Shown: positions 19,301-27,523 of the stretch, piece after piece
Position numbering within the stretch: position 1 is the stretch's first letter
How the letters are laid out: the number at the start of each line of letters is the position of its first letter
Assembly (NCBI GenBank): GCA_934447715.1
Contig: CAKSER010000003.1
Coordinates: 42,307 to 106,306 of the forward strand
Direction of reading: 5' to 3'
DNA length: 64,000 nt
Source of the DNA: an uncultured Eubacteriales bacterium
GTDB taxonomy: Bacteria; Bacillota; Clostridia; Oscillospirales; CAG-272
The notes under the pieces: generated by a model
Databases searched by the model: none
What the model was told of the DNA's origin: nothing
What the model saw: the letters and a program-made list of their open reading frames with translations, nothing else
Translations under genes and position numbers: made by a program

Positions 19301-19544
19301 AAAGAGCCGCCATGATTTTTCCGCAGATGTCATCCTTTGACGCGCGGTCGATCAGGTATACCGCCGTTCCGACACCCTGCACGCCCTTGTGCAGACTTAT
19401 CAGTATGTCACACGCTCTCTTTTCCTCATCCGAAAAATGAGCCTCCGCCTTTATAACCTTCTTTTTCTGATGCTCCGACAGAATTTCGCAGTCTAAAGCC
19501 TCAATTGCCTCAAAAAAAGTCATTTTGCTGCCGAACAGTGCCAT
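16356..19544 (-). CDS. large MORN-repeat protein (two MORN blocks; no signal peptide seen)
   Basis: 1062 aa. Runs of YxGxWxxGkxxGxG units, for example GDVYDGMWKDGKRCGRGRISWSNGASFDGEW and GDVYRGWWKDNRYNGFGRYEYANG. They are separated by Ser/Gly/Ala-rich and poly-Asp linkers and a helical middle region. GGAGG SD present. Confidence 0.8.
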   Translation of the reverse strand: MALFGSKMTFFEAIEALDCEILSEHQKKKVIKAEAHFSDEEKRACDILISLHKGVQGVGTAVYLIDRASKDDICGKIMAALFTSLAFRTFSAAHESDPTDPDCIAYLALAYEYGFFGCKKDHAKALEAVQPLRSSDESGALVRKALKDILSAGGTSDGGNTASGASSSETSVNGASDGIGASKDKAAGSSGADSRQSGAISSTAASIALSGTLGAGAASGTGFSSASDKSTSDKSEPQGEFKRIEIDGDLFEGWFINGKKNGRGKYTWANGDVYDGMWKDGKRCGRGRISWSNGASFDGEWLDGMMVEGKYCFADGSVYEGGFKNGKYDGYGKRIYKDGDRYEGQWQSGSRYGNGVYIWADGDVYDGEWKDDKRCGVGRMVMYGKAGPDALNAGEIFIKYSYDGEWLDNREHGHGICREGNGSVAGMDKVYEGEWVNGRKCGLFVWHFLHRDGEIGKSYIDFYEDGRAIETCIPYDESIKTVEDGRRAKDSYYGSMPSNMSGGYASGRSGSQSVGLSDTRDSNSDRASDEWEEFSSISELQKKLVSPELFLDPRDRYIGNSSLYLRPFADELREALAESDYEESRELISGILGIDQDELAEWIDQLDFLHGFTDKEYILKAMRAAAYTENVKLAPYLANFAYFLFKDTGDPDYFDPLFDLFTVSCEYGDDDCVFLCAMLRLQESGNLNDPLIPDCDGNYDSCFGYYDGQLEDLLDKGYLPGSNAKMYQADDDGGYDDDNTHDDDEDTDESETLIEYENGDYYRGSVVDGLREGHGVYHFATGEQYTGGFHQNGYEGYGVLDAGNGVIYKGLWKDDKRCGYGEQTYKNGDVYRGWWKDNRYNGFGRYEYANGVVNIGEFVDGISHGIFLTKKNGSWCGQRWSNDSILPSPNGPRVIDCENGARYVGSVSERRVGNTTYISKSGFGEIRFANINSSELTDCYVGQFVNDAPCGTGVCITANSDNPYIIASDNFTSNCLPEGDCRMISLWFENGVEWAEYYIGEFHGSRRKGRGTLYLIGSKEGYMFRPYMLYSGSILRCDSFDLDPRGDVAVTDWQGSRSDIRM

Positions 19545-19599
19545 GGTTAACCTCCGTTAATTCTGAATTTTAAGAAAAAGTATCAATCCGAAAGAGGGA

Positions 19600-20802
19600 T
19601 TACCGCCTTCCCCTCTTTTCCTGTTTTGCCTGCTTTTGGTGCATATCCGCTTCCTGCTTTTCGCTGTGACAAGCGATCACGGTTTTGTATCTGTCAAGAA
19701 CCATGTCGGTAAGCTCGTTCCACGGAATCGGGATCGTCTCCTTTGCCTTTAGGCCTGCTTTTTTAAGAAGCTCGGGATTGTCAAGCACAGCTTCTATTGC
19801 CCTTGCAAGGCTGTTTGGAGAATTTTCGCAGCAGAAGCCGTTTATGCCGTCCTCAATGCACTCGGCGGCACTGCTTCCGTTTATCACGACCGACGGCGTA
19901 CCCATTGCCGCAGCCTCTCTTACGACAAGCCCGGATGTGTCGTACAGCGACGGGAAAACAAACAGAGATGCCCTTTTGTACAGGGCGTTCAGCGTGTCGG
20001 GATCCGAAATGTGCCCGGTAAAGACCACCCTCTCGCCAAGCCCGAGCTCTGCTGCTCTTTTGCGGATTTCCTCCTCGTGCGGTCCCTGTCCCGCCATTAC
20101 CAGCGTAAAGGGCATTTTTACATCCGCCGCAGCCTCTAAAATACAGTGTATGTTCTTCTTTCTGTTCATCTGCCCGACATATAAAAGAATCGGATCGCTT
20201 TTGTTTAGATTAAATCCGCTTAAAAGCTCCTCTTCACGATCGGGGTCAAGATGCGGAATGTCGGTTCCGTTCGGCATGACGAAAATATCCTTTTTGTAGC
20301 CGTAGCTCTTCAGCGTGTCAGCCGACGACCTGCTTACCGCCCATACCTCGTCGCATTTTTCGTAAAAATCCACGACGAATTTTACCCCGACATCCGCAAG
20401 AAGCTCGACCCCGGTGATCTGAAGAAAATCGTCATAATATTTCGAGTGGAACATTCCGACAGTCGGCACCTTGTGCTTTTTCGCATAGGCAAGCCCTGCC
20501 TGCCCGGCAATAAACGGGGTGTGAAGATGAGCAATATCCGCTTCGATCATCCCGAGCCGCCTTTGGCAGTGAATATCAAGGCCCGGCATCCCGACACTGT
20601 AGCTTTTCATTTTAAAAAGCGGAATTCCGGTATAATCTACAATTTCAAACGGGTAATTGCCCCTGTAGCCGGTGTCGGTCTGGGGAGAAACGACATAGCT
20701 TTCGTGTCCCTTTTCGCCGAAGTTCAAAGCATATCGGTAGCAAACATTGCCGACCCCGTCCATTATAGGCAGAAATGAATCTGAAAACTGAAGTATTTTC
20801 AT
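19600..20802 (-). CDS. glycosyltransferase family 4 (GT-B, group 1)
   Basis: 400 aa. N-terminus MKILQFSDSFLPIMDGV. C-terminal FPSLYDTSGLVVREAAAMGTPSV matches the E-x7-E region. Ends 55 nt upstream of the MORN gene start on the same strand. Confidence 0.85.
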   Translation of the reverse strand: MKILQFSDSFLPIMDGVGNVCYRYALNFGEKGHESYVVSPQTDTGYRGNYPFEIVDYTGIPLFKMKSYSVGMPGLDIHCQRRLGMIEADIAHLHTPFIAGQAGLAYAKKHKVPTVGMFHSKYYDDFLQITGVELLADVGVKFVVDFYEKCDEVWAVSRSSADTLKSYGYKKDIFVMPNGTDIPHLDPDREEELLSGFNLNKSDPILLYVGQMNRKKNIHCILEAAADVKMPFTLVMAGQGPHEEEIRKRAAELGLGERVVFTGHISDPDTLNALYKRASLFVFPSLYDTSGLVVREAAAMGTPSVVINGSSAAECIEDGINGFCCENSPNSLARAIEAVLDNPELLKKAGLKAKETIPIPWNELTDMVLDRYKTVIACHSEKQEADMHQKQAKQEKRGRR

Positions 20803-21025
20803 ATTTCATTTTTCCTCCGTGATGGTTTTTGATGGGCTTTTCCGGTCCTGTCTGCCGCTTGCTGTATGCAGACGATTTTTGTCGCTTTCCGCCGACCTTT
20901 TGTTGCATTCTTAAAAACCCATAAGGATATTATACACTTTTTTTGTTGATATTTCCAGTGTTTTCTTTATTTTATACATTATGGTGAAATTATTTGTAAA
21001 AATGAACTTTATTTGTCGAAAAATC

Positions 21026-21054
21026 CTTGACAAGATGAACAAAAAAACATAAAA
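21026..21054 (+). promoter_or_regulatory. sigma-A type promoter for the 21137 gene
   Basis: TTGACA-17 nt-TAAAAT. Confidence 0.55.
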
Positions 21055-21136
21055 TAATATAAGAATTAACAGATCGAAGCAGGAAAAGCCTGCATGAAGG
21101 GGATCTGGAAAATAAAAAAGAGAGGTTGATACTTCT

Positions 21137-21748
21137 ATGGGAAATTTAACATTAGGCTTCGGAAGCTCGATCGGAAACCTTGTCGGCGCCGGAATTACAG
21201 CGATTGTTCTGGCGGTTGTTGCAGTTATTCTTGCGATTGCCGCAACGGTTCTTGCAATGATCTTCATCGTTCCGGAAAAGCGCCGCGAAAAGCTTAACGC
21301 ATTCGGCAAATTCCTGCATGACACCTGCAACTTCAAGTACCTGCTTGTAGAAAAGATTCTTCAGGTGTTCTACATCTTCACAACTTCGTTTGTGATCATT
21401 AACGGATTCTTCACACTGTTCCAGAACTTCCTTGTCGGACTTCTGACAATGATCTTCGGACCGATCATTATCCGTCTGATCTATGAGCTTATCATGGTAT
21501 TTGTTCTTCTTCTTAAGAACGTAATCATGATCAATAAGAAGATGAAGGATCAGACCGGAAACACAGACGGACATGATATGTTCGCAGCACCGGATTTAAA
21601 GGGCGTTCAGGAGGAAATCCGCCAGCGCCGTGAGGCATCGGCACAGAACCGTCAGGCAGCAGCTCCCGAGGCAGGCGCACAGCGCTTCTGCATGTACTGC
21701 GGAACTCCGCTCGACGAGAACGGTCAGTGCCCGAACTGCAAGAAATAA
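21137..21748 (+). CDS. membrane protein (DUF4282-like) with a C-terminal zinc ribbon
   Basis: 203 aa. Several TM segments. The region FKYLLVEKILQVFYIFT...IIRLIYELIMVFVLLLKN resembles DUF4282 as I remember it. C-terminus FCMYCGTPLDENGQCPNCKK. Confidence 0.5.
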   Translation: MGNLTLGFGSSIGNLVGAGITAIVLAVVAVILAIAATVLAMIFIVPEKRREKLNAFGKFLHDTCNFKYLLVEKILQVFYIFTTSFVIINGFFTLFQNFLVGLLTMIFGPIIIRLIYELIMVFVLLLKNVIMINKKMKDQTGNTDGHDMFAAPDLKGVQEEIRQRREASAQNRQAAAPEAGAQRFCMYCGTPLDENGQCPNCKK

Positions 21749-21783
21749 GCAGTAAACAAATAAGCAAAAAGCAATTAAAAACA

Positions 21784-21831
21784 GCCCGGACGAATCGGAA
21801 TACCGAATCCGTCCGGGCAATTTGTTTTTTT
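21784..21831 (+). terminator. intrinsic terminator after the 21137 gene
   Basis: GCCCGGACG...CGTCCGGGC stem followed by AATTTGTTTTTTT. Confidence 0.7.
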
Positions 21832-21918
21832 GAACAGCACACAAGCCGACATTGTGCCATGCGTTTTTTGACACTCGGAAGACATTTTTAAAATGCCGAT
21901 ATTTGCTGATTATAAAAC

Positions 21919-21966
21919 AAAAAAACAGAGGATGATCGGAAATTTCCGATTGTCCTCTGTTTTTTA
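21919..21966. terminator. bidirectional intrinsic terminator (serves the 22055 gene on the minus strand)
   Basis: ACAGAGGATGATCGG-aaatt-TCCGATTGTCCTCTGT, flanked by A7 and T6. Confidence 0.7.
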
Positions 21967-22054
21967 ATTTACATGAAATATATAAATATATAAAGTGCCG
22001 CAAAAGCCTTTGTCCTGTCCGAAAGCGCCAGATTGCTTTGGTTGCTTCGGCAGG

Positions 22055-22921
22055 TCACATCGTCTTGACGAAATCGAAAAGCTGACGGCTGAAGCCTGTT
22101 GTGTCAAAGCCCTGCCATGCAATGACAAGCTTTCTCGCCTTGTCTACAAGCAGCTGCTGACCGAACATTCCTGCCTTGCCGTAAAGACCGTTTCCGCAGG
22201 GGCTGAGCTCATAGCCTCTTTCAAAAACCGTATTGCACCACTCGGCGGAGATGATCTGTTTGCCCTCGAAAACGCCGTTTTCAAGATAGAGCCTGCCGAG
22301 CTTTACAAGATCCTGTGTTCTCGAATACAGTCCGGTCGCACCCATCGAATAGCCCATCGGGCATTTCGACCATGCAAGCTCCTCAAAATGAAGGGCGTTG
22401 AACAGGCGCTCTCTTAAAAATTCATAAATATCGGCGCCGGCAATCTTTGCAACCACTCTTGAAAGCAGATAGTATGCCGCATCAGAATAGCGGTCCTCAA
22501 CGCCGGGGGTAAGCTCAAGGCGGTGAGAAAGCACGTTTGCAAGGTAGTCGGTCGATGAGCCGTATTTCTTGTCGAATTCGGTCATGTTTTCTCCGTCGAT
22601 ATCAAGAAATCCGGAGGAAATTCCCCATCTGTGGCGCATAACCATGTCGACCGTAACAAGCTCCCATTTCGGATCATAGCCCTCCGGCATCTCGTCTTTG
22701 AAGATGTCGACAATCCGATCCGAAACGCTCATTTTTTTGTCGTCAACCAAAAAGCCGATTGCGGTGACCGTGAAAACCTTCGCCACCGAGTATGCATCAT
22801 TGTTGTTGGACGAGGGAGCGTATCTTTCGTTTGTAATCACTCCGTCCTCGTAAATCGAGAGGCGGAAAAGCCCCGGAGAAACGGTTCTTGCATATTCGAT
22901 CAATTTTTCTGTGTATTTCAT
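22055..22921 (-). CDS. serine hydrolase, beta-lactamase/transpeptidase-like family
   Basis: Start moved to ATG 22921 (MKYTEK...) with AAAGGA 8 nt upstream. SxxK candidate YSVAKVF. Confidence 0.6.
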   Translation of the reverse strand: MKYTEKLIEYARTVSPGLFRLSIYEDGVITNERYAPSSNNNDAYSVAKVFTVTAIGFLVDDKKMSVSDRIVDIFKDEMPEGYDPKWELVTVDMVMRHRWGISSGFLDIDGENMTEFDKKYGSSTDYLANVLSHRLELTPGVEDRYSDAAYYLLSRVVAKIAGADIYEFLRERLFNALHFEELAWSKCPMGYSMGATGLYSRTQDLVKLGRLYLENGVFEGKQIISAEWCNTVFERGYELSPCGNGLYGKAGMFGQQLLVDKARKLVIAWQGFDTTGFSRQLFDFVKTM

Positions 22922-23066
22922 TTTACAGATCCTTTCTGTTGTATAGAGTGACGTGGGGTTGCGCAGCAGTCTCATCCCGGGTACCTGCTGTGTGCTTTTG
23001 ATGCAGCCTTCTGCCCGAATTCGTATTTTCCGCCGCGTGTGGAAAAGTCCGATAAACCCCGTCTGC

Positions 23067-24038
23067 TTATTTTGCCTTTGACGGGTTCTTCTTTTTCTTT
23101 AATCCGAGAACTCTTGAGGCAATGTATCCGGCAAGCGCGAGCTTCATTACGACCAAAATCGTACTTGAGGAAGCAGGCCAGCTGCCTATAAAGGTCAGAA
23201 TGACCTCCGGAATTGCCGTAAACAGCAGGAAAAACTCCGCGATGTTCGAAATTACAAAGAAGGTTCTCGGCATCGGTTTGTCGATTCTGACTCTCTGCTC
23301 TGCAAGGAAGTAGCACACGACAGAGACAAAGGTGACCTGGGTCATGATCTTGACCGGATCGCCGATCGGGGTGGTCTGGTCGAAATAGATGCAGATCAGC
23401 TTTAAAACGCACCAGATTATCGGGAAAAAGCCGAGCACGGTCTGTACCTTTTTCGCATTTTTTCCTTTGGCGATCAGACTGAAGAAGAATGCCGCAAAAG
23501 GAATTCCGCTGATCCTGAACAGCACCGGAATCAGTGTTCCGTTTCCGACCTTGCTGACGGACGGGATGATGAATTCAAATGCCGTTACGGCGAGAACCGC
23601 AAATCCGCAGAACGCATATAAAAACAGGTTTTTCTGCTTGGAAAAGGATTTGTTTGTCAGCTTTGAAACGCCTGTGAGCGGATAAATCAGGCAGGATGCC
23701 AGTACAATTGCCGCTACTATAACATAAAACGCCTTTGCAATACTGGTCGAGCCGTAGCTTGTCAGATGCTTTTCAATATCATAGCCGTTTTTCAGGATGA
23801 CAGTGTGGATAGCCGAGAAAATGACGCCGATTACCATGTAAAGAACAAAAATGTCGGCGCAAAAGCTTTTTCCCCTGCCCTTTACGTTCGGATTTACAAG
23901 CTCGGCTTTCTTCTCGTTTCCTGCCGCCGAATTTTTGTCCTGGTCCTTCGGTGCTGTCGGGCTTTTGTCTTCTGCCGGCGCTGTATCCGGGCTGTTAAAA
24001 ACTTTGTTGTTTTCGTTTCTGTCGTTTTTATCGTTCAT
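23067..24038 (-). CDS. hypothetical polytopic membrane protein
   Basis: 323 aa. A ~60-aa polar N-terminus is followed by about 8 hydrophobic segments. I recognise no family. Confidence 0.5.
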   Translation of the reverse strand: MNDKNDRNENNKVFNSPDTAPAEDKSPTAPKDQDKNSAAGNEKKAELVNPNVKGRGKSFCADIFVLYMVIGVIFSAIHTVILKNGYDIEKHLTSYGSTSIAKAFYVIVAAIVLASCLIYPLTGVSKLTNKSFSKQKNLFLYAFCGFAVLAVTAFEFIIPSVSKVGNGTLIPVLFRISGIPFAAFFFSLIAKGKNAKKVQTVLGFFPIIWCVLKLICIYFDQTTPIGDPVKIMTQVTFVSVVCYFLAEQRVRIDKPMPRTFFVISNIAEFFLLFTAIPEVILTFIGSWPASSSTILVVMKLALAGYIASRVLGLKKKKNPSKAK

Positions 24039-24159
24039 TAAATCAATCCGCCTTCCGCAATATCTATAGTGTCCGCAATGCCGCAGCTGCCGGTAATCAG
24101 ATCAGCTGTCGGATGCGGTATTAACAATATCGCAATAGTAAAATGGTTTTAAAGAAAGC

Positions 24160-24732
24160 TCACTCTCCGAGAATAACCGCATTGTCGGTCATTTCGAGAA
24201 CCTTTGCGATGCTTTCAACTCTGATTCCGAGCTTTAGGATTTCATCCTTACCGTGCTGAAAGACCTTTTCGATCACGGCACCGCAGCCGACGATCTCCGC
24301 TCCCGACTGCGAAGCAAGCTTTACAAGCCCGAGCAGCGCATTTCCTTTTGCAAGAAAATCGTCAATAATCAGTATTCTGTCGTTTTCGGACAAAAATTCC
24401 TTCGATACGGTAATAAGATAATTTTTGTTGTGGGTGTATGAGAAAACCTCCTGCGCATAGAAGTCGTCGGATGCGTTTGAGCCTCTGTTTTTCTTTGCGA
24501 AAACCAGCGGCACGCCGAACTCGTTTGCGACAAAGCACGCAGGAGCTATTCCGGAGACCTCGCAGGTAAGGATTTTTGTTACACCGAGACCGTCAAAAAG
24601 CCTGAAAAACTCCTTTGCGACCTCACAAAGAAGTCCGGCATCGACCTGATGATTCAAAAAGCTGTCAACCTTCAGTATTCCGCCCGGGAACACCTTTCCG
24701 TCTTTTATTATTCTGTCATTAAGCAGCTTCAT
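24160..24732 (-). CDS. xpt: xanthine phosphoribosyltransferase
   Basis: Start at ATG 24732 (MKLLNDRIIKDGKVFPGGILKVDSFLNHQVD, a typical Xpt N-terminus) with a GGAGGG SD. PRPP loop ILIIDDFLAKGNA. Confidence 0.9.
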   Translation of the reverse strand: MKLLNDRIIKDGKVFPGGILKVDSFLNHQVDAGLLCEVAKEFFRLFDGLGVTKILTCEVSGIAPACFVANEFGVPLVFAKKNRGSNASDDFYAQEVFSYTHNKNYLITVSKEFLSENDRILIIDDFLAKGNALLGLVKLASQSGAEIVGCGAVIEKVFQHGKDEILKLGIRVESIAKVLEMTDNAVILGE

Positions 24733-24763
24733 ATTATACCCTCCCTGCCGGAAATATACAGCT

Positions 24764-24792
24764 ATTATACACTTTTCCTTCCGACTTTTCAA
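24764..24792 (-). promoter_or_regulatory. sigma-A type promoter for xpt
   Basis: TTGAAA-17 nt-TATAAT on the minus strand, about 30 nt upstream of the xpt ATG. Confidence 0.6.
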
Positions 24793-24874
24793 TAGAAAGC
24801 TGTATTTATAAAAGATAATTTATGCTTTTTTCGAAAAAATCCGAAAAAAATCTCAAAAAAATTTAAAAAAGCTA

Positions 24875-24903
24875 TTGACAAAACAAGCTTATTGATATAT
24901 AAT
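24875..24903 (+). promoter_or_regulatory. sigma-A type promoter for the Fur/PerR-like gene and rbr
   Basis: Perfect TTGACA-17 nt-TATAAT. Confidence 0.65.
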
Positions 24904-24974
24904 CTCATTAAGGAAACCGAAAGGGAACAAAAAAACCCGATAAAAACCGATGAGGAGGCGAAAGCGAGGACCGG

Positions 24975-25439
24975 ATGGAAGACAGGGCGGAGGACAGGAC
25001 AGAGAATAGCATAAATGTTGAAAAACCGGAGAAGGCGGAGAGAAATACCAAGCAGAAGGAGCTTGTAAAAAGGGTGTTCGGCGGAATGCTGACGCATCCG
25101 ACGGCAGAGAGCGTCTTCGAGGAGGTTTCAAGGGTCAGCCCCGGAATCGGACGGGCAACCGTCTATCGGATTCTCGGCGCGATGGTCAAAAGCGGAGAGG
25201 CGCTCAGGGTTCCGGTCTATGACGGAGCGGACAGGTTCGATATAACAACCGTGCCGCACAGCCACGCAAAATGCAGAATTTGCGGAAGGGTGTCGGATGT
25301 GCACGACGAAAACGGAGGGCTGATGTCCTGCAGCAGAGAACAGGAGGGAACCGAGACTCCCGACGGATTTAAAATAGAAAATGTTACAATGCTTTATTAC
25401 GGTGTCTGCCGAGACTGCCGCGAAAAGGCAGAGGAATAA
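24975..25439 (+). CDS. Fur family transcriptional regulator (PerR-like by context)
   Basis: 154 aa. Winged-helix segment GRATVYRIL and two CxxC pairs (CRICG, CRDC). Lies immediately upstream of rubrerythrin. Confidence 0.8.
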   Translation: MEDRAEDRTENSINVEKPEKAERNTKQKELVKRVFGGMLTHPTAESVFEEVSRVSPGIGRATVYRILGAMVKSGEALRVPVYDGADRFDITTVPHSHAKCRICGRVSDVHDENGGLMSCSREQEGTETPDGFKIENVTMLYYGVCRDCREKAEE

Positions 25440-25535
25440 AGCAAGCAATAAAAAAGAAAAATACCGGGCGACCGGATTTAATAAAAAACAAAATTGAATT
25501 ATGAAGGAAAATTAAAAAAACGGAGGATAACTGTT

Positions 25536-26078
25536 ATGAAATTTGTATGTCAGATCTGCGGATATGTTCACGAGGGAGATGAAGCACCGGAAAAATGCCC
25601 GGTTTGCAATGCGCCTGCAAGCAAGTTTACAAAGATGGAAGAGGGAAAGACCTGGGCAGCGGAGCATGTTGTCGGAGTGGCAAAGGATGTTCCGGAGGAG
25701 ATCAAGGAGGATCTTCGCGCTAACTTCAACGGAGAGTGCTCGGAGGTTGGCATGTACCTTGCGATGGCTCGTGTAGCATTCAGAGAGGGCTATCCCGAAA
25801 TCGGCCTTTACTGGGAGAAGGCAGCCTATGAGGAGGCAGAGCACGCAGCAAAGTTTGCAGAGCTTCTCGGAGAGGTTATAACCGACTCGACAAAGAAGAA
25901 CCTCGAGATGAGAGTTGAGGCAGAGAACGGAGCAACAGCCGGAAAGACCGAACTTGCAGTCAAGGCAAAGCAGCTCGGTCTTGATGCAATCCACGATACA
26001 GTGCATGAAATGGCACGCGACGAAGCCCGTCACGGCAAGGCCTTTGAGGGACTGCTTAACAGATATTTCGGCAAATAA
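25536..26078 (+). CDS. rbr: rubrerythrin with an N-terminal rubredoxin-like domain (reverse rubrerythrin arrangement)
   Basis: Start at ATG 25536 with a GGAGG SD. N-terminal CQICGY...CPVC is followed by diiron four-helix motifs ([25 protein letters not shown]). Confidence 0.9.
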   Translation: MKFVCQICGYVHEGDEAPEKCPVCNAPASKFTKMEEGKTWAAEHVVGVAKDVPEEIKEDLRANFNGECSEVGMYLAMARVAFREGYPEIGLYWEKAAYEEAEHAAKFAELLGEVITDSTKKNLEMRVEAENGATAGKTELAVKAKQLGLDAIHDTVHEMARDEARHGKAFEGLLNRYFGK

Positions 26079-26200
26079 GGCCGGATTCGGCACACCCGAT
26101 CCAGCATACCCGATCCGGCACAGTAGAACCGGTTCAGAACCGGTAAGAAAGCCGGATTAAGCAGGAGCTTGATACCAAAGTAAACCCATATAAAACCGAA

Positions 26201-26232
26201 GGAGCGAACCTTATAGGTTCGCTCCTCTTTTG
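26201..26232 (+). terminator. intrinsic terminator after rbr
   Basis: GGAGCGAACC-ttat-AGGTTCGCTCC followed by TCTTTTG. Confidence 0.65.
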
Positions 26233-26297
26233 TGTCCGATATGCCGCACGGGATGTATCCCCGGATATGTGTTTGCGGATAGCAATCCGATGCGATT

Positions 26298-27512
26298 TTA
26301 TTTTGTAAGCTCCATATTTACGGCGCACAGCATGCTGTTCGGCAGCGGATCGCCGTAAACTGCGCCGATATAGTCCTTTCCGAGAATATCGTAGAAATTG
26401 CCGCCGATATTGAATTCGGGAAGACGGCCGACGAGCTTTCCGTTTTCCATCAGATATGCCATCTGTACCGGGGCGGAAAAATGCCCGTCCGGAGTAGTGT
26501 CGCCGCCGGAGGTGATTATAACATAAACCGCCCTGCCGGGGACAAGCTCGCAAAGATCCTTTGCGGTCGGCTCCGCATAGAAGCTGCCGAATGACGAGCT
26601 CGGTACGCCGTCATATGCGGCATCCGCCGTGCCGATATTCTGCAGCTTGAATCTTTCGGCTGTCTTTTTGGTGGTAAGAAGACCGGCAAGCTCGCCCTTG
26701 TCTATCAGCGTGGGGCGCAGATCCGGCGCAACGCAGCCCTCTGTGTCGAAGAAGCAGACGCCGGCGTTTGTTTTGGGATTCATGTCGTCCTTTAGCGTCA
26801 GCTTTTCGGAGAATACCTTTTGTCCCAGCTTTCCGCTTAAAAGCGATGCTCCGGAGTCGTATACTTCCGCTGAAAAATGATTTAAAAAGGTCGAAAACAG
26901 GTAGTTTGCGTTCATTACTACCGGAATGCTGCCGGGAGCGATATCGACCTGTGTGTAAAAGGCGTCATACTCGTTTTTCCATTCTGCAAGCAGCAGATCG
27001 GGATCAAATTCGCTTCCGGTATAGCAGAACTCGGTATCAAACAGATTGCCCGAGCCGCGGTTCTGCGCGATAAGCGAAATGTCGATATTTCTTCCGACAC
27101 TTACAAGACGGCGCCCGAGGGAGTTTTCATATTCGCTCTTTGCGTAATTCAGGCTGATTTTGTTTGAAAAAGCAAAGCGCGGGCATTCCTTTTCAAGACG
27201 AGAAAGAAAATCCTGCATAGTAGGAATAAATTCCGAAACCGGAATAATCTCATTTTCGTTTGTAATTTCCATTCCCGGCTCATCGCTAAGGCTGCAGGGG
27301 TACGGGATGCCGAGCGACAGCGCCTCGGAGGCCCTTTTTGCAAGCTCGTTTTCATCCGGATTTCCGAGGCAGCCGGCAACGCCGATAAGCCCGTTTTCGT
27401 ATACGCGGACGGTGCCGGTCGTCTGCTCCTTTTCGCGGAAGCTGTCTATTTTTCCTCCGGTTACGTTAAGCGTGACCGAGCGGCTTGTTTCTTTAAGAAA
27501 TTCCTTTTCCAT
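26298..27512 (-). CDS. TldD/PmbA family protein, TldE (PmbA)-like subunit
   Basis: 404 aa. TldD/PmbA fold signatures, but no HExxxH motif. Lies directly downstream of the TldD-like gene. Confidence 0.8.
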   Translation of the reverse strand: MEKEFLKETSRSVTLNVTGGKIDSFREKEQTTGTVRVYENGLIGVAGCLGNPDENELAKRASEALSLGIPYPCSLSDEPGMEITNENEIIPVSEFIPTMQDFLSRLEKECPRFAFSNKISLNYAKSEYENSLGRRLVSVGRNIDISLIAQNRGSGNLFDTEFCYTGSEFDPDLLLAEWKNEYDAFYTQVDIAPGSIPVVMNANYLFSTFLNHFSAEVYDSGASLLSGKLGQKVFSEKLTLKDDMNPKTNAGVCFFDTEGCVAPDLRPTLIDKGELAGLLTTKKTAERFKLQNIGTADAAYDGVPSSSFGSFYAEPTAKDLCELVPGRAVYVIITSGGDTTPDGHFSAPVQMAYLMENGKLVGRLPEFNIGGNFYDILGKDYIGAVYGDPLPNSMLCAVNMELTK

Positions 27513-27523
27513 AATCGCTTACC

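Noticed and set aside
21868-21970. Possible ~70-nt sRNA between two terminators (TTGACA ... TAAAAT, then the hairpin terminator at 21919-21966)
   Set aside because: The -35/-10 spacing is only 15 nt. The terminator is fully explained as the bidirectional terminator of the 22055 gene. No further structure or conservation evidence is available.
24733-24830. Purine riboswitch upstream of xpt, as in Bacillus
   Set aside because: The promoter -10 lies only about 30 nt from the ATG, so there is no room for the ~70-nt aptamer. The conserved loop sequences are absent.
25512-26093. 193-aa minus-strand ORF
   Set aside because: It is antisense to the clearly recognisable rubrerythrin gene.
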